Source of the DNA: an uncultured virus (IMG/VR IMGVR_UViG_3300029931_000005)
Taxonomy: Duplodnaviria > Heunggongvirae > Uroviricota > Caudoviricetes
DNA: 64,000 nt
Virus record (IMG/VR): IMGVR_UViG_3300029931_000005
Strand: one strand, 5' to 3'
Below, piece by piece: positions 29,785 through 38,968 of this stretch (its first letter is position 1; each line of letters opens with the position of its first letter). A program made the translations under genes and the position numbers. The notes beneath the pieces were generated by a model. That model did not search any database. It was given only the letters and a program-made list of their open reading frames with translations, and was not told where the DNA came from.

Positions 29785-30135
29785 TCATGTGCCTACCCAT
29801 TCTGGCTGCTTATATCCGTTAAATCGGATTTGGCTAGGCTTATTGACGCAATAGTCCAGCCACGACGGGGGCAACTGCCCATTGAAGCACAACCAGCAGA
29901 TAGGTTGATCGGGCGATTCATACGGCCGCAAATAGTTGGTGTCGCCAACTACCACGACGTCAAAGGCTTCTCGGCCTGGGTAGGCGCTGCCCGGAACATG
30001 CCACCGAACGCCCGTTGCTATGTCGTAATCAATTTCGCGCCAACTGTCCGGTTCCAACAGCGGTGGCTCGAAAAGCCGATCCGACTGCTCACCGCAATAG
30101 GCACAAGTGCCAGGTTCTTTAAGTTTGTTTTCCAT
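29785..30135 (-). CDS. hypothetical protein
   Basis: CAYC ... CWLC; GAGG RBS. Confidence 0.5.
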   Translation of the reverse strand: MENKLKEPGTCAYCGEQSDRLFEPPLLEPDSWREIDYDIATGVRWHVPGSAYPGREAFDVVVVGDTNYLRPYESPDQPICWLCFNGQLPPSWLDYCVNKPSQIRFNGYKQPEWVGT

Positions 30136-30142
30136 GTTATCC

Positions 30143-30694
30143 TCAACGATTGAAAAAGGCATTTGCTTCTACAAATTTACACCCAGCTGCCGCAGCGGCC
30201 AGATGATCCTCTTCGCTGTTGCCCACCATCAAGGTGTGGCCAGCGTTGGCTCTGTATTCACGCATGAAGTCCAGCAACATGCCGGGAGCGGGTTTGCGAA
30301 AAGTGGCATCCCAACGGCCGTAAACACTGTGAAATTCGGCTTGATAAATATCCGGGGTTGGTGCCCACTTCCCACTTGCCTTTGACTGATAGGCAAAAGC
30401 CATGCAGGCATCGTCTATCCCACGGCCGTTAAACTCAAGCTGCTCCATCACGCTCAGCAGGCGCGCCTCAACGCCTTTGGCTGTTGGGTATTTTTCTGGC
30501 TCACCAAAGCCCTGGCTCTCCATCCAGTATCGCAGCCCCACGCCTCCTTGATTGCTCGCCAAGACTACCACTGCGCTGAGCGATGGCCTTGCGTGCTGGA
30601 ACCAGGAGCGCACGCCCGGCAGCAGCTGGCTGGTATCCCGGTCGGCTAATGTTCCATCTAAGTCAAAAATGATTAAATCGTATTGCTCTAGCAT
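30143..30694 (-). CDS. HAD-IIIA family phosphatase (GmhB/PNK-phosphatase-like)
   Basis: FDLDGTL, ASNQGG, RKPAPGML, MVGNSEED. Confidence 0.88.
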   Translation of the reverse strand: MLEQYDLIIFDLDGTLADRDTSQLLPGVRSWFQHARPSLSAVVVLASNQGGVGLRYWMESQGFGEPEKYPTAKGVEARLLSVMEQLEFNGRGIDDACMAFAYQSKASGKWAPTPDIYQAEFHSVYGRWDATFRKPAPGMLLDFMREYRANAGHTLMVGNSEEDHLAAAAAGCKFVEANAFFNR

Positions 30695-30747
30695 CGTTCC
30701 ATACTCCCTTTTGCGGGGGCGATTGACCATATCACCCGTCACAAAGC

Positions 30748-30775
30748 ATTGTACCATAGATTTTACTTTATGCAA
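30748..30775 (-). promoter_or_regulatory. sigma70-type promoter TTGCAT-N16-TACAAT
   Basis: read directly. Confidence 0.7.
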
Positions 30776-30816
30776 TCGCCTGTTGAGAGAAATTTACCCT
30801 GAAATAAGCGATTTAC

Positions 30817-31779
30817 TTACACCGACAATGCAGTCAGCCGCCTGACCTCGCTGAACAAAACTTCGTCAGCCACGGCATCTAGATTATCAGCCAACTCGGA
30901 CGGCCGTGTCTCGGCGCTCCATCTATCCCAAACTTCTTGGACCATTGTCGCGGGCAGCAGGTTTCTCATGAGGATATAGTCGGTCATACGGCCGTCGTGT
31001 CCCCACAGCCCCTTGATAGTTTTCAGGTTGGGCGAAGCGTTTGCTTCCAGGATAACAATTACCCAAAGAGAAGCGGGATCAAGATCGTCAATTTCTTCCG
31101 GTTTCATGGATGGGCAAAACACGCAGCTGCTTTTGCCAGGAGATGGTAGCCCGGCCTGAATGATGGCGCGTTCGCAATCGCCCCGATTCATTCCCCACAG
31201 CTGCAATGGATGCAGATACATGTCATTTGCGCGTGCCCCACCGGGCTTGGTTTTGGTGGAGAAGCGGCTTACCCGTTTGATTTCCGTGCAGTCATACCCC
31301 ACCAGACGATAGCAGGGCTGGTCGCCATAAACGGCCGTTACGTGCTTATCTATCTGATCGCCTTTCCACTTCAAGCTGCAACTGTGATTACGACGAAAGG
31401 CAATGCTGGGCAAAGTCCGGTTGGAGATGCAGTTCCCGGCCAGGCTCTCGTAATGATGGTGCTTGGCTTTGCGCCCCAGCTCGTAACGAACAAAGGTGAT
31501 AGCTGGAAAGCCCACCCGCTTTAGCCATGTGTCCAGCAGGGGCAGGTACAAATAAAATCGGGGATGCTCGTTGCCATACTTCCCCTGCCCCACCAATGCT
31601 GTGATGATGGTGTCAGGCCGTATCCCGCGCCGGTGCATTTCCACCAGCATGGCCACGGAATCCACCCCTACGCCCAACGAGACCACAATGGGGGCATCAC
31701 CAAGCGGCCCGGCAATACGACCGTTTTCAAACCGCACCGGCGCGCCAATGTCAGCAGGGAATAGCCGTATCTGGTTCAC
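30817..31779 (-). CDS. PAPS-reductase-like PP-loop protein
   Basis: VSLGVGVDS, HSCSLKWK, GYD..E..R, HPL..WGM.R..C, KSSCVFCP. Confidence 0.8.
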   Translation of the reverse strand: MNQIRLFPADIGAPVRFENGRIAGPLGDAPIVVSLGVGVDSVAMLVEMHRRGIRPDTIITALVGQGKYGNEHPRFYLYLPLLDTWLKRVGFPAITFVRYELGRKAKHHHYESLAGNCISNRTLPSIAFRRNHSCSLKWKGDQIDKHVTAVYGDQPCYRLVGYDCTEIKRVSRFSTKTKPGGARANDMYLHPLQLWGMNRGDCERAIIQAGLPSPGKSSCVFCPSMKPEEIDDLDPASLWVIVILEANASPNLKTIKGLWGHDGRMTDYILMRNLLPATMVQEVWDRWSAETRPSELADNLDAVADEVLFSEVRRLTALSV

Positions 31780-32072
31780 GTTGCCACCCTCGTGGCCTTC
31801 CTTCGCCTGGGTGCAGGCAACGGCACACGGCGACGACACTCCAGCTCTTGATAGGCTCGGAGCTCGTCAATATCGCCGCGCCGAATGCCCTCAAACACCA
31901 TTGCAGTTCGGCCGTCACCGACAAGCTCATACCGCTCGCGAATGGCTATCACGTGGGCATGCACAGTCATTCGGCTAACCTTGAGCTTCTGCGCCACTTC
32001 TTCGCACTGTGCGCCACCGGCGATCATCTGCAGCACCGTGATTTGGCGGGGGGTCAAACTTGTCAGCATCAT
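31776..32072 (-). CDS. LuxR-type HTH regulator
   Basis: LTPRQITVLQMIAGG....VAQKLKVSRMTVHAHV. Confidence 0.85.
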   Translation of the reverse strand: MMLTSLTPRQITVLQMIAGGAQCEEVAQKLKVSRMTVHAHVIAIRERYELVGDGRTAMVFEGIRRGDIDELRAYQELECRRRVPLPAPRRRKATRVAT

Positions 32073-32740
32073 GCAAACTCCATCCGCAGCGTGCGCGGCC
32101 GTAAAATCTCAATATCCTGCCACGTCCAGTCCGGCTCCGGCAGCCGCCACACCCAACCGTACTTACCATTTGATCCCACGGCGGGGATAGCACGGCCGTT
32201 TTCATCGACGGCCGTATACATCGGCTCAGCGCCAGAGGCTTTGTAAATCGTGCCTCGATGGAAAGCTGGATCGTGGTAGGAGATGGCCAGGCGAATGTGG
32301 TAAGGCTGCTGCGGGTAAACTGGTGGCCACATAGCCACCCGATCCCGCTGAACGCGTCCCAGCACCTCGCCGATCAGCCAGGAGGCTACCGTGGGGCGGA
32401 ATACGCCGCCGCGGTCGGCGAAGCCGGGGACGATGCCGGGTTTGCAATATGCCCCGCCCTGCTGCAGCAGCGGGTCTATCCAGATGCGGTTAAGGTCCAC
32501 CACCTGCCACTGCGTAGGCTTGCCCTTAACCCCATACCAGCGCTTGTTTTTGGTGGCGTGGGGAATGCCGACCATGCACAGGCCGAGGCGGCGGGGAGTG
32601 CCGTTAGGGGCATACCACAAGATGTAGACCATCGAGCGGGTTTGTGGGTGAGGGATTGTTTTCAGATAGTGGAAGTGCTCGACGGTTTTTTGTGTCCAAG
32701 TCATATCGGCGTGGTCGCCTAAAGTGACAAATAGCTTCAT
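32069..32740 (-). CDS. Mom-like / GNAT-fold DNA modification protein
   Basis: HFHYL, DLNRIW, ISYHDPAFHRGTIYKASG. Confidence 0.65.
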   Translation of the reverse strand: MKLFVTLGDHADMTWTQKTVEHFHYLKTIPHPQTRSMVYILWYAPNGTPRRLGLCMVGIPHATKNKRWYGVKGKPTQWQVVDLNRIWIDPLLQQGGAYCKPGIVPGFADRGGVFRPTVASWLIGEVLGRVQRDRVAMWPPVYPQQPYHIRLAISYHDPAFHRGTIYKASGAEPMYTAVDENGRAIPAVGSNGKYGWVWRLPEPDWTWQDIEILRPRTLRMEFA

Positions 32741-32743
32741 GAC

Positions 32744-33946
32744 TTACCTACCTCGGTTATTTTGATCGCCGCTAGAGCCTGGATGCGAAAATAAGGGTAG
32801 ACTAGATAGATCTTCGCGTTCCATCTTTTCTGTCGTGCTGGGAAAAGCGTAATTCAGGATGGTCTCCACGTTGTTTGTATGGAGTTGCCCAGCCATCTTG
32901 AGCCACCAATCCAGCCTGATCTGGGCAATCTCTGTGTAGGCTTTGCTTAGGTCAATCCCAACCACTTCATCCCAACCAGCCAGGAGCGCGCCTATCATTT
33001 CTGACCCGCTACCGCAGAACGGAACAAGAAGTCGGCGCGGACGTCCGGTGACAGGCGGCAAAATCATAGTCGCCAAATACTTTGTCAGCTCAATGGGCTT
33101 AACTGTGGGGTGGTCGTTTTTAGTGCCGTTTGGGAGTCCAGCGTCCCGCTCTTTCTTGTGTGGTTTTGCCGCGTAAAAGAATCGGGCAGCCGATCCGGTG
33201 TCGCCCCGCGGCTCAGCTGAAGCGATGCGGTTGATCATGCCGCTGTACTTGACGCTACCAGAGAACCCGTTTTTAGTTGGCTCAGTTCCCTTTACAACGC
33301 CCTGCTGCCCTGGAACATCAGGAAAGCAGCCTTCTGTTTCCTGGCTGCCATCGTGAATGAGGTTGGCTGGCCAACGTCCACTTGTGCTGCCACTAGAAAA
33401 CGGAACATTAGAACCTCCGTACCCAATAGACGCCTTGTTATTCGCCCTGATTGTGTTCGCTGTTCCGATGCGACTCCTTCCAACATTCAAACCAGCCACA
33501 CCGTGCATCGCTGCGTTGTTGGCAAATGTCCCATCAAGAGGATTCATTGCCAGCACAACTGGTTCCCACGCGGGCTTCAAGGCTGTGCCGTACCCCTCCC
33601 AGACATCGTTGTCAATCTTGGAAGGAAAGTCATGATTTTTCGGGAACCCGTTGCCGTGTACCCAGGCGTAACCGACGCAATCTCTGATTTGAAAGCCGCC
33701 ATCCTCAATTGCCACGGCGATGCGGTGATATGTTCTATTGCCGCCAAAGCTCAAAAGTATTGAGCCAGGGCGAAGTAGGTTGCGAATGCCAAGCCATGTC
33801 AGATGACTGAACGAGACTCCAGCCTTGTCCCAATCCTTACCCATGAAACCCAGCTCGTAAGGCGCGTCAGTAAAAACTGCATCAAATGGCTCGCCTTGAT
33901 AGTGGCTGGTAAACTCATTGATGTCGCAGACCTGAAGGTCAAACAT
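32744..33946 (-). CDS. N4/N6 DNA methyltransferase (beta class)
   Basis: TDAPYELGFMGKDWD, HPTVKP, LVPFCGSGS. Confidence 0.9.
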   Translation of the reverse strand: MFDLQVCDINEFTSHYQGEPFDAVFTDAPYELGFMGKDWDKAGVSFSHLTWLGIRNLLRPGSILLSFGGNRTYHRIAVAIEDGGFQIRDCVGYAWVHGNGFPKNHDFPSKIDNDVWEGYGTALKPAWEPVVLAMNPLDGTFANNAAMHGVAGLNVGRSRIGTANTIRANNKASIGYGGSNVPFSSGSTSGRWPANLIHDGSQETEGCFPDVPGQQGVVKGTEPTKNGFSGSVKYSGMINRIASAEPRGDTGSAARFFYAAKPHKKERDAGLPNGTKNDHPTVKPIELTKYLATMILPPVTGRPRRLLVPFCGSGSEMIGALLAGWDEVVGIDLSKAYTEIAQIRLDWWLKMAGQLHTNNVETILNYAFPSTTEKMEREDLSSLPLFSHPGSSGDQNNRGR

Positions 33947-34520
33947 TCGGCCCTCCGATTATTTCGGCCAGCGAACGGCCGTTACGTTGATCTAGGATTC
34001 TTTGCTTGATGAATTTGCAGACCGACATAAACCCATAGCGGCGAGCCTTTGCGTCGTTTTCTGCCACGCAATCCATCAAGCTTCTCTTTATTCGCTTAGC
34101 ATCCTTTGAAGGAGATTGACACAGGCCAGATAGGGTTTCTATAAGGCGATCAACTTTTGACGCCTGAACAGTACGAGCATCATTGATGCACAACCAAAGG
34201 CCGCAATCGTCACTGTCTAGGGCTTGGCCACTTATGTAGCGCAAGTAATCAGCAACCTCTTGCTTGCTTATATTCGGAGGCAAAGTGGGGCGCATCACAA
34301 ATGGGTCTGACAGTATATCTAAAATCCGAAGGGCTTTTTCTCCAGCAACACCGCCTTTCTTAACTGCCCGAACTACATCTGCCGTTTCACCACAGGCGGC
34401 AGCCACTTCACCAAGACTCCACCCCCGATAGCGACGTAACTTATCGACCTTTTTTCCAACAGAAAGGCTTGGGTCATCACGCATGGTGGCCATATCTTCA
34501 AAAATCTTATTCACTGTCAC
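33939..34520 (-). CDS. XRE-like HTH protein
   Basis: LRRYRGWSLGEVAAACG; lower GC than flanks. Confidence 0.6.
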   Translation of the reverse strand: MTVNKIFEDMATMRDDPSLSVGKKVDKLRRYRGWSLGEVAAACGETADVVRAVKKGGVAGEKALRILDILSDPFVMRPTLPPNISKQEVADYLRYISGQALDSDDCGLWLCINDARTVQASKVDRLIETLSGLCQSPSKDAKRIKRSLMDCVAENDAKARRYGFMSVCKFIKQRILDQRNGRSLAEIIGGPNV

Positions 34521-35658
34521 CTCCGATTATTTCGGCCAATGAACGGCCGTGTTTGAACGTAGCCCCGCCAATCTCCTCCAGGCGGATGTAATGAGCAGCC
34601 AGCTCCGGTTGATGCCGTGCCCCGTTGCGGATGTCGTTGTCACTGGCCAGGATACACAAGGCACAGGACAGGCGTTCGTTGCCGAACACATAGGCGGGAT
34701 GGGCGGGGAATTGCTTCACCGCCAGCCACTTGAGCGCACCAATAAGATTGGAATCCGCCCCACCCTCTTCCAGCTCCAGCGCATATCGGTAGACCTCCCG
34801 GCGCTGGGCCACATCAAAGGCGGATGTGCCGCAGGCCGTCCAGACATCCTCCAGCAGCCAGTCATGGATCGGATACCAGGTGATGGCCAGGCGCGGCCGT
34901 TTCTCCTTGCCAATGTAGTAGGTGAAATCGGGGAAGCGTTCATAAATAGCCGTGTAGTTTTCTGCATCCAGCAGATCCGTAACGGTCAGCCACGTGGCCA
35001 GGGCTTCCTCGACCGGCAAGTCGCGCAGCGGCTTGGCCGTGATTTGTGCCCGGATACTCACCTGGGGGTCTTTGCGCCGTTTAGGAGATTCCTGAGCGCG
35101 ATTCCCCTCGGCGGAAATAATCAGGTCATAAGCCCGGTAAGCCTTATCGGCCTGGTTGGACTTGTGATGAGAGGTGCAGTACCGATTGGTGGAGGATGGC
35201 CAGAAAGGTGAAACTGCCGTTTTTACATCCCGGTAAACCTTGTCGGCCTGGCTGCGCTTCTGGTCGGCCGTGCAGTAGCGCGAGGCGGAGCTGGGCCAGA
35301 ACGGCGCACCAGTCCCAGCCAGCTTCTCCATACGATCCTCGATCTCCTGCACCAGATCACCCTGCGGCCGCCGCACCACCGTCAGCCAAAGTTCGTTTTC
35401 ATCGGCAATGCGATCTACATGGTTAGGGGTTTCGAGCCATTCGGCCCGGCCCAGGTCCATGTGCAAAGCAAAAATCGGGTTATTTAGCCCATTTTCCCGC
35501 CAGTAAGCGGCCAGCAAGTTGGCAATCGCCTGGCTGTCCTTGCCGCCGCTGATAGACACGGCCAGGGTAGCGCCGACGGCAATGGCCTGCTGAATGACGG
35601 GTGGCACAACCAGGCTGGTTTTGGGCGGTTCTTGGAAGAGGGATAATTGATTAACCAT
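34507..35658 (-). CDS. PAPS reductase family protein
   Basis: SISGGKDS, RYCT (duplicated), EGNRAQES..R, RLSCALC. Confidence 0.88.
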   Translation of the reverse strand: MVNQLSLFQEPPKTSLVVPPVIQQAIAVGATLAVSISGGKDSQAIANLLAAYWRENGLNNPIFALHMDLGRAEWLETPNHVDRIADENELWLTVVRRPQGDLVQEIEDRMEKLAGTGAPFWPSSASRYCTADQKRSQADKVYRDVKTAVSPFWPSSTNRYCTSHHKSNQADKAYRAYDLIISAEGNRAQESPKRRKDPQVSIRAQITAKPLRDLPVEEALATWLTVTDLLDAENYTAIYERFPDFTYYIGKEKRPRLAITWYPIHDWLLEDVWTACGTSAFDVAQRREVYRYALELEEGGADSNLIGALKWLAVKQFPAHPAYVFGNERLSCALCILASDNDIRNGARHQPELAAHYIRLEEIGGATFKHGRSLAEIIGGDSE

Positions 35659-35932
35659 CTTGTCCCTCCTGCTGCTTTTGAAACATCGCCTGCGCCGGGC
35701 GCAGCTGCGCCCGGCGCTTCTGGTGGGTGAAGGCGTCTACCACCTTGAGGCGCTTGGTCTTGCAATACTTTTCCAGGTCGGCGCGTTTTACGGCCGTTAC
35801 GCCAAAGATTTGCTCCAGCTCGATTTCCGGCGCGTGCTCCCGTAGGTGCCGCCACACATTGCCCTTGCCAACCGATACACCAACTAGCTCGGCCGCTTCG
35901 GTTTCGGTAACATAGTCGCTTAAATTAGTCAT
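35651..35932 (-). CDS. HTH DNA-binding protein
   Basis: YVTETEAAELVG. Confidence 0.55.
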   Translation of the reverse strand: MTNLSDYVTETEAAELVGVSVGKGNVWRHLREHAPEIELEQIFGVTAVKRADLEKYCKTKRLKVVDAFTHQKRRAQLRPAQAMFQKQQEGQDG

Positions 35933-36293
35933 GGGGCGCTCTCCCCTGCCCCGACTGGCAGCAATCAGCATGGTCGTATCCGGGGCAAGCGCCACCCAGG
36001 CCAGGGGCGCTGCCGCACCAATGCTGACCAAAGCAGCGCACGCCACCTGGCGCAAAGGAGAGGATGGCGATACCCTGGGCCAGCTCGTTGAAGATGTGTC
36101 CTGGCTCGTCTTTTTTGCCGTTGCCAAACTGGAGGATGTCGCCTTTCTCGGCGATCAGTTGGCCAATCTCTTTGGCTCTGGCGAGGTCTGAATCGTTAAG
36201 CCCCCCACGGCCGTTAATGGCAATGATTCTAAGGGGAACAGCCGCAAGCAAAGCGGCCGTCAACGGGGAATTTTCAATTGTATTGGCTGTCAT
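35925..36293 (-). CDS. hypothetical protein
   Basis: starts at GAGAAATGACAGC box. Confidence 0.6.
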   Translation of the reverse strand: MTANTIENSPLTAALLAAVPLRIIAINGRGGLNDSDLARAKEIGQLIAEKGDILQFGNGKKDEPGHIFNELAQGIAILSFAPGGVRCFGQHWCGSAPGLGGACPGYDHADCCQSGQGRAPHD

Positions 36294-36374
36294 TTCTCGG
36301 TTATCCAATGCGGCGTAAATACCGCGATTAAGGGCGTGGGCAGCCTGCCAGCTGGGCCACGCCCTGTCTGAAAA

Positions 36375-36974
36375 TTAGATTACATTATTTTTAATGCGCT
36401 CTGCAATGGCTTTGTCAACGGTCTCGACCGGAATGTGCAGGTGATCGGCCCAAATGACCGGCGTTTCCGGCTTGATGGCCACCCCGCTGGAAATTTGTGA
36501 GTTAACAAACGCCACGGCCGTGTGCCAGTTGGTTGCCTCCACGATGTAATCGTAGCAATCCCGGCACAAAACCTCGCGCCGCCGGTGAGGTTCAATATAT
36601 CGCTTCCACTCTTCATCGGGAACCCGGAAAAAGTGTGGCCAATGCTCACCACACAGAGCACAGAGGACGGGATATTGAATGTAGGGGAATCGCCCTTGCT
36701 CGTTGAGCATTTTTTCAAACTGCTGCCACTGCGCCTCACTCACACCATTGCTGAAAATTTCTGGTGGCAGGAAAGCGGTTTCGTTCGTGTACTTCTCATG
36801 GTCGTAGAGGTCCAGATTCTTGTATAGGCAATCGCAAGAAATGAGCTGCCAGCCGCAGAACGGACACTTTTCCATGTCGCAGCCCAGCTGGTGCAGCTGC
36901 CCCTCTTTTGCGCCACAGTCGCGGCACGTGATTTCGCTTCTTTCATCCATCATGTTATCTGACATACCTACCAT
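36375..36974 (-). CDS. Cys-rich hypothetical protein
   Basis: CRDCG...H..GCDMEKCPFCG.QLISCDC; CALCG; CRDC. Confidence 0.7.
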   Translation of the reverse strand: MVGMSDNMMDERSEITCRDCGAKEGQLHQLGCDMEKCPFCGWQLISCDCLYKNLDLYDHEKYTNETAFLPPEIFSNGVSEAQWQQFEKMLNEQGRFPYIQYPVLCALCGEHWPHFFRVPDEEWKRYIEPHRRREVLCRDCYDYIVEATNWHTAVAFVNSQISSGVAIKPETPVIWADHLHIPVETVDKAIAERIKNNVI

Positions 36975-37038
36975 ACTCCTTTTCGGTGAAAATAAATTGA
37001 ATTAAGCGGGGCAGTTGACCGACTGCCCCGCGTGAAAC

Positions 37039-37995
37039 CTATGCTGGCTGTGCCTGGTACATCATCCAGGTCACTGTTTCTTCGTTGCCCATGATGTCGG
37101 CCGCATCCACCAGATCGGGCAACTTGGGTTCTGTTAACGATACGGCCGTTGGCAGGCCCCCCCGCGCAAAGAAGCGGGTGGCCACCTCGATACGGTTCTG
37201 CAATCTGCGCTCCAGGTCGCGGTATGTTCTGTGGATGAACATGGCATCGAGGAACGATATCGCCGTGTCCCTGGGCATGGTGCGAATTTTGTCCAGGACG
37301 GGGCTGGTGGCCAGCAGGTTGACCGATTCTGCTTCCCGGTCGCTCATCATGTCGCCAACCGTTGGTGGCTGCTGGCCACCGGGATCGATGGCCACCGGCT
37401 CCCAATGCGGCCCAGAGAAGCGGGTGCGCATCCACACGTCAAAAATGTCGCCACCAGGATCGGCATAGGTGCGCACCTGGCCGCGCCGGGAATGGATGAG
37501 GAATCCGGCACAGTTGGGACAGTTAACGGGGGACCAGTGTTCAACGGAGTGGGCCTGGGCGCACTCCGTGCAGCTGACCACCCACCACTCGGCGGCTGGC
37601 TTGCGGCCGCGCTTGCCCAACACACGGCCGATCCGGTCCATCACTTGAGAATCCTCTTTTGTCATGATGAGATTTTCGGTGAGGCTGATACGGCCGATGC
37701 TGACCGTGGGGTGTCGCCCCTCCAACTCTTCTTCGGGCAGCTCGTCGAAGCACTCCTGCGCCAACCATGCCATTTGCCGCGCCAGAGATTCAGACGTGGT
37801 AATAACTGCGCCTTCCTGGAAGATAACGCTTGTGCCCTCCTCTCCGGCACGACGCATCAGTGGCCCCAGCTCCTTGTCACCCCGGACTCGCAAAGCGAGT
37901 TCGTCGCGGCGACGGTAATATTTCGAGCCAAGCTGACAGCCGTCCGCTTCAATTAAACAAATCCATAATCGCTGCGATGTATCAAGCATGACCAT
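37039..37995 (-). CDS. hypothetical protein with zinc ribbon
   Basis: CTEC...CPNC; GAGTATGGTCATG start box. Confidence 0.75.
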   Translation of the reverse strand: MVMLDTSQRLWICLIEADGCQLGSKYYRRRDELALRVRGDKELGPLMRRAGEEGTSVIFQEGAVITTSESLARQMAWLAQECFDELPEEELEGRHPTVSIGRISLTENLIMTKEDSQVMDRIGRVLGKRGRKPAAEWWVVSCTECAQAHSVEHWSPVNCPNCAGFLIHSRRGQVRTYADPGGDIFDVWMRTRFSGPHWEPVAIDPGGQQPPTVGDMMSDREAESVNLLATSPVLDKIRTMPRDTAISFLDAMFIHRTYRDLERRLQNRIEVATRFFARGGLPTAVSLTEPKLPDLVDAADIMGNEETVTWMMYQAQPA

Positions 37996-38001
37996 ACTCT
38001 C

Positions 38002-38235
38002 CTATGCGTGGTAGACGGCCGTGACCAGCGGCGCGTCCTTCAAAATGATCTGAGTTGCCCCGGCGCAAACCGCCGTAAGCGCTTCATCAAGTTCCACGCG
38101 GCCGTCTACAAAGCGAACCTGTGCGCGGCAAAGCTCGCAGGTGGCCCCGGCGTCTGTGAAACTATTCAGGCGATGTTTGAGCGATTCCGCATCTCGCCGG
38201 ATTTTTATTTTTTCGTTAAGGGTGATAGCTGTCAT
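38002..38235 (-). CDS. hypothetical protein
   Basis: starts at GAAATGACAGC box. Confidence 0.5.
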   Translation of the reverse strand: MTAITLNEKIKIRRDAESLKHRLNSFTDAGATCELCRAQVRFVDGRVELDEALTAVCAGATQIILKDAPLVTAVYHA

Positions 38236-38276
38236 TTCCCTACCCTGCTACAGCAACGGCCGTCTGCCAACGGCCG

Positions 38277-38957
38277 TTAATTCGAAACATGTGTCCATGT
38301 TTTTCCGTTAACAATTTTCCCGATTGCTCGGCGGCTAACACCAAACATCCTTGCCAGATCGCGTTGATAATGATGTCCTGCTTTGTGCAGGCGCCGAATT
38401 TCCCGCACGCTTTCTTCGGTTAACTTCGAGGTTGGACAGTCCTCGCCCCTGCGTGGGCCAGGTGGGGTAAATCCATCGGGTCGGGGTATGTGCGCCCAGT
38501 GGTTTCCATTTAGAATATAATGCACGGTCGCGTAATGTACGCCAAACATGTCACCCAGGTATTCCATGGTACACCGTTCTTGATGCCACAGATCGATAAT
38601 TTGACGAACATCTTCCTCGGTTAATATCGAAAGGCCATGCCTCTCGCCCGCAGCCGCGCGCCCCTTTGCTGCCATGTCTGCCATATTATCTGCATGAGTG
38701 CCCAGCCAGAGATGGTGCGGGTTAACGCAGGCTCTGTTGTCACACGCGTGGCAGACAAACAAGCCTGCGGGGATTCTTTCACTGTGATGTACTTCGTAGG
38801 CGACACGATGGGCGAAACCGTTTGCGCCAGGATGAGAAAAATAACCGTAACCAGCGGCGCCTGTCTTGCCGTGCCACATCCAACATTCGTGCTTGTCACG
38901 CCGATCTACGTTTTGCCAAAAAGCGGAAATTACCTCGTCCGAAAATAGCTTTTTCAC
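38277..38957 (-). CDS. HNH homing endonuclease with two C-terminal HTH modules
   Basis: [32 protein letters not shown]; repeated LTEE.VR.I. Confidence 0.92.
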   Translation of the reverse strand: MKKLFSDEVISAFWQNVDRRDKHECWMWHGKTGAAGYGYFSHPGANGFAHRVAYEVHHSERIPAGLFVCHACDNRACVNPHHLWLGTHADNMADMAAKGRAAAGERHGLSILTEEDVRQIIDLWHQERCTMEYLGDMFGVHYATVHYILNGNHWAHIPRPDGFTPPGPRRGEDCPTSKLTEESVREIRRLHKAGHHYQRDLARMFGVSRRAIGKIVNGKTWTHVSN

Positions 38958-38968
38958 AACTCTCCTCC

